DNA from: Chiloscyllium plagiosum
Taxonomy: Eukaryota
Reading direction: 5' to 3'
Length of the DNA: 64,000 nucleotides
Assembly (NCBI RefSeq): GCF_004010195.1
Contig: NC_057731.1
Span: forward strand, 35,385,945-35,449,944
The notes beneath the pieces were generated by a model, which was not told the DNA's origin, searched no databases, and saw only the letters and a program-made list of their open reading frames with translations. The position numbers and the translations under genes were made by a program. Each line of letters opens with the position of its first letter. The first letter of the stretch is position 1. Below are positions 63,378-64,000 of this stretch, piece after piece.

Positions 63378-64000
63378 AGAGGTAAAAACAATGACTGCAG
63401 ATGCTGGAAACCAGATTCTGGATTAGTGGTGCTGGAAATAGCTTCGAAATCGACGTTTCGGGCTCACCTTCCACCCTACCAACCTTCGCATAAACCAAAT
63501 CATCCGCCGACATTTCCGCCACCTCCAAACAGACCCCACCACCAGGGATATATTTCCCTCCCCATCCCTTTCCGCCTTCCGCAAAGACCGTGACTACCTG
63601 GTCAGGTCCACGCCCCCCTACAACCCACCTCCCATCCTGGCACTTTCCCCTGCCACCGCAGGAACTGTAAAACCTGCGCCCACACCTCCTCCCTCACCTC
63701 AATCCAAGGCCCCAAAGGAGCTTTCCACATCCATCAAAGTTTTACCTGCACATCCACCAATATCATTTATTGTATCCGTTGCTCCCGACGCGGTCTCCTC
63801 TACATTGGGGAGACTGGACGCCTCCTAGCAGAGAGCTTTAGGGAACATCTCCGGGACACCCGCACAAATCAACCAAATCGCCCCGTGGCTCAACATTTCA
63901 ACTCCCCCTCCCACTCTGCCGAGGATATGGAGGTGCTAGGCCTCCTCCACCGCCGCTCCCTCACCACCAGACGCCTGGAGGAAGAACGCCTCATCTTCCG
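63378..64000 (+). mobile_element. Penelope-like element fragment with GIY-YIG endonuclease and 5' inverted terminus (runs off the window)
   Basis: Frame from 63636 reads PGTFPCHRRNCKTCAH...FTCTSTNIIYCIRCSRRGLLYIGETGR...FREH...VAQHFN. 63378-63463 is an inverted copy of the terminus seen at ~50912-51041. Confidence 0.9.

Overview
Eukaryotic genomic DNA, most likely a shark or other elasmobranch, judged from HE1-type SINEs, CR1/HER1-type LINEs, DeuSINE remnants and Penelope-like elements. The window holds the 5' part of an NRAP (nebulin-related anchoring protein) gene on the minus strand. I traced 21 coding exons, all with GT-AG boundaries, from the ATG at 54031 to 1006; the gene continues past the left edge. 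They encode a LIM domain, simple nebulin modules and the first 7-module super-repeat. Introns and the upstream 10 kb are rich in transposon remnants, and there are two N gaps. Two observations stand out. (1) Penelope-derived inverted-repeat elements carry minimal hammerhead ribozyme cores, one intact on the NRAP sense strand, and their inversion points repeatedly fall at the ribozyme. (2) The N-terminal module order of this NRAP appears collinear with nebulin rather than with mammalian NRAP. Comparisons with human proteins and repeat families are from memory and were not run as searches; repeat boundaries are approximate.
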